A stretch of 64,000 nt of DNA, from NCBI GenBank assembly GCA_964415615.1, contig CAYQAW010000006.1, forward strand, positions 495 to 64,494, in the 5' to 3' direction. Position 1 is the first letter of the stretch. Each line of letters opens with the position of its first letter. The notes under the pieces are model-generated. The model worked only from the letters and a program-made list of their open reading frames with translations, searched no databases and was not told where the DNA came from. Below, in pieces: positions 63,140 to 64,000 of this stretch. The DNA is from an uncultured Gammaproteobacteria bacterium (lineage in GTDB: Bacteria > Patescibacteriota > Microgenomatia > Daviesbacterales > UBA10151). The position numbers were made by a program, and so were the translations under genes.

Positions 63140-63812
63140 ATATTCCTAAGCTTTCACAAATTCCCGCTTTCCATCCCCGAATTTTCCTAAATAAATTTTT
63201 ATCAGAAATTCTTATTATACATGTTCCCATATATGAAGGATTTCTCTTACCTCTTAAAAGAGTAGGCTTGATATAGGTTTTATTAAATCTTATTAATGGT
63301 ACTCCGGTAACTTCTGACCAAAATTCTTCTGACTCTTTCTGATTATGAAGAGTCATAATATTTAATGCAATCCTAAACTTTACCTCAGGTACTTTGCAAA
63401 TTTCCCTAAACCATTTCATCATAAATTGAATCATCAATGGGTCAGAGTTTGCAAAATCTATATGTTCACAGGTTTTAGCTCCTTCGGCCCAGTAAAGCAT
63501 TACACCATTTGTGAACAAAGCATTTGTGATATTCTCCTTTGCCTTTTGTTTAGCTTCATTTGTAATATCATCAGTTATCCTAATTCTCTTTAGATGATTA
63601 GCAAAAGCCCCCTTCAATCTACCCTTATCTGCACCATTCTTTATCTTGGCTAGTAATCTATCTTTTTGTTCCTGAGTAAGTTCAACATTCTTAAGCCAGC
63701 CATTTAATGTACCCTTTGAGAGGTTTGGAATCCTTTCCATAATCTCACTAAAACTATATCCTTTTCCTCTGAGTTGACGTGCTAAAATTCTATCATTCAA
63801 TCTCAGTTTCAT
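63102..63812 (-). CDS. HTH-domain protein (possible mobile-element endonuclease/recombination accessory) whose last 13 codons run through the tRNA-Arg 5' half
   Basis: N-terminal HTH LRGKGYSFSEIMERIPNLSKGTLNGWL; C-terminal ICPYSSVDRAIRF is encoded by tRNA positions 1-38, with the stop TAA in the anticodon loop. Confidence 0.5.
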   Translation of the reverse strand: MKLRLNDRILARQLRGKGYSFSEIMERIPNLSKGTLNGWLKNVELTQEQKDRLLAKIKNGADKGRLKGAFANHLKRIRITDDITNEAKQKAKENITNALFTNGVMLYWAEGAKTCEHIDFANSDPLMIQFMMKWFREICKVPEVKFRIALNIMTLHNQKESEEFWSEVTGVPLIRFNKTYIKPTLLRGKRNPSYMGTCIIRISDKNLFRKIRGWKAGICESLGICPYSSVDRAIRF

Positions 63813-63920
63813 TTTTTAGTCCATGTGCAATAGAATATATTATTTGGCTGTTTAGTTGTCAATGTGCAAATCCTAGTGATATCAATTTTATCAACTTGGA
63901 GATTATTTAGCAAAGTTTAC

Positions 63921-64000
63921 TTAGAGGTTTTCTGTGGTTTTGATATAGGCAATTAATTTCTTTAAACCATCCTCCAGCTCAACTTTGGGTTCCCATCCAA
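63921..64000 (-). CDS. C-terminal end of an NAD-dependent epimerase/dehydratase (SDR) gene entering from beyond the window
   Basis: Reverse frame reads ...WEPKVELEDGLKKLIAYIKTTENL*, the typical C-terminus of UDP-sugar epimerases/dehydratases. Confidence 0.45.
   Translation of the reverse strand, partial: GWEPKVELEDGLKKLIAYIKTTENL

Noticed and set aside
1-64000. CRISPR array or cas operon
   Set aside because: No regularly spaced direct repeats found anywhere; the only Cas-like gene is an isolated Cas4-like nuclease.

Overview
This is an AT-rich, gene-dense bacterial window with many small hypothetical proteins, leaderless-type promoters and frequent gene overlaps. That style is compatible with a reduced-genome, Patescibacteria/CPR-like organism, but this is inference from composition only. 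I call about 75 CDS and 6 tRNAs (Gly-GCC, Gln-UUG, Leu-UAA, Pro-UGG, Gly-UCC, Arg-UCU) plus one truncated tRNA-like fragment. I found no rRNA and no CRISPR array. Recognisable housekeeping genes include glmS, an archaeal-type PEP carboxylase, pyrD, msrA/msrB, TspO, HPF, an RRM protein, Fic, a rhomboid protease, glycosyltransferases and an S41 peptidase. The most notable parts are: (1) a compositionally distinct, GC-richer locus at 13.9-20.5 kb that looks like an acidic exopolysaccharide (polyuronide: alginate- or glucuronan-like) synthesis and modification cluster, flanked by a C5-methyltransferase/restriction-endonuclease pair; (2) a mosaic of mobile-element remnants between tRNA-Leu/Pro and tRNA-Gly(UCC), including a frameshifted large serine recombinase, a TerS-like gene and NYN and VWA proteins; (3) two cases where small nuclease-type ORFs (GIY-YIG, and an HTH protein) terminate inside the 5' half of a tRNA gene, one with a 28-nt duplicated tRNA 5' end; (4) a 781-aa protein with a C-terminal RelE/ParE-like toxin fold, preceded by about 1 kb of GC-rich, hairpin-dense non-coding DNA; (5) a dispersed ~36-nt palindromic intergenic repeat family (4 copies) sitting directly after stop codons; (6) a paralogous family of surface proteins sharing an N-terminal 'NQKG + TM' signal-anchor module; and (7) decayed DUF2075/RadC fragments and an orphan Cas4-like nuclease near tRNA-Arg. 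All functional calls rest on motifs read by eye from the translations; no database searches were run.
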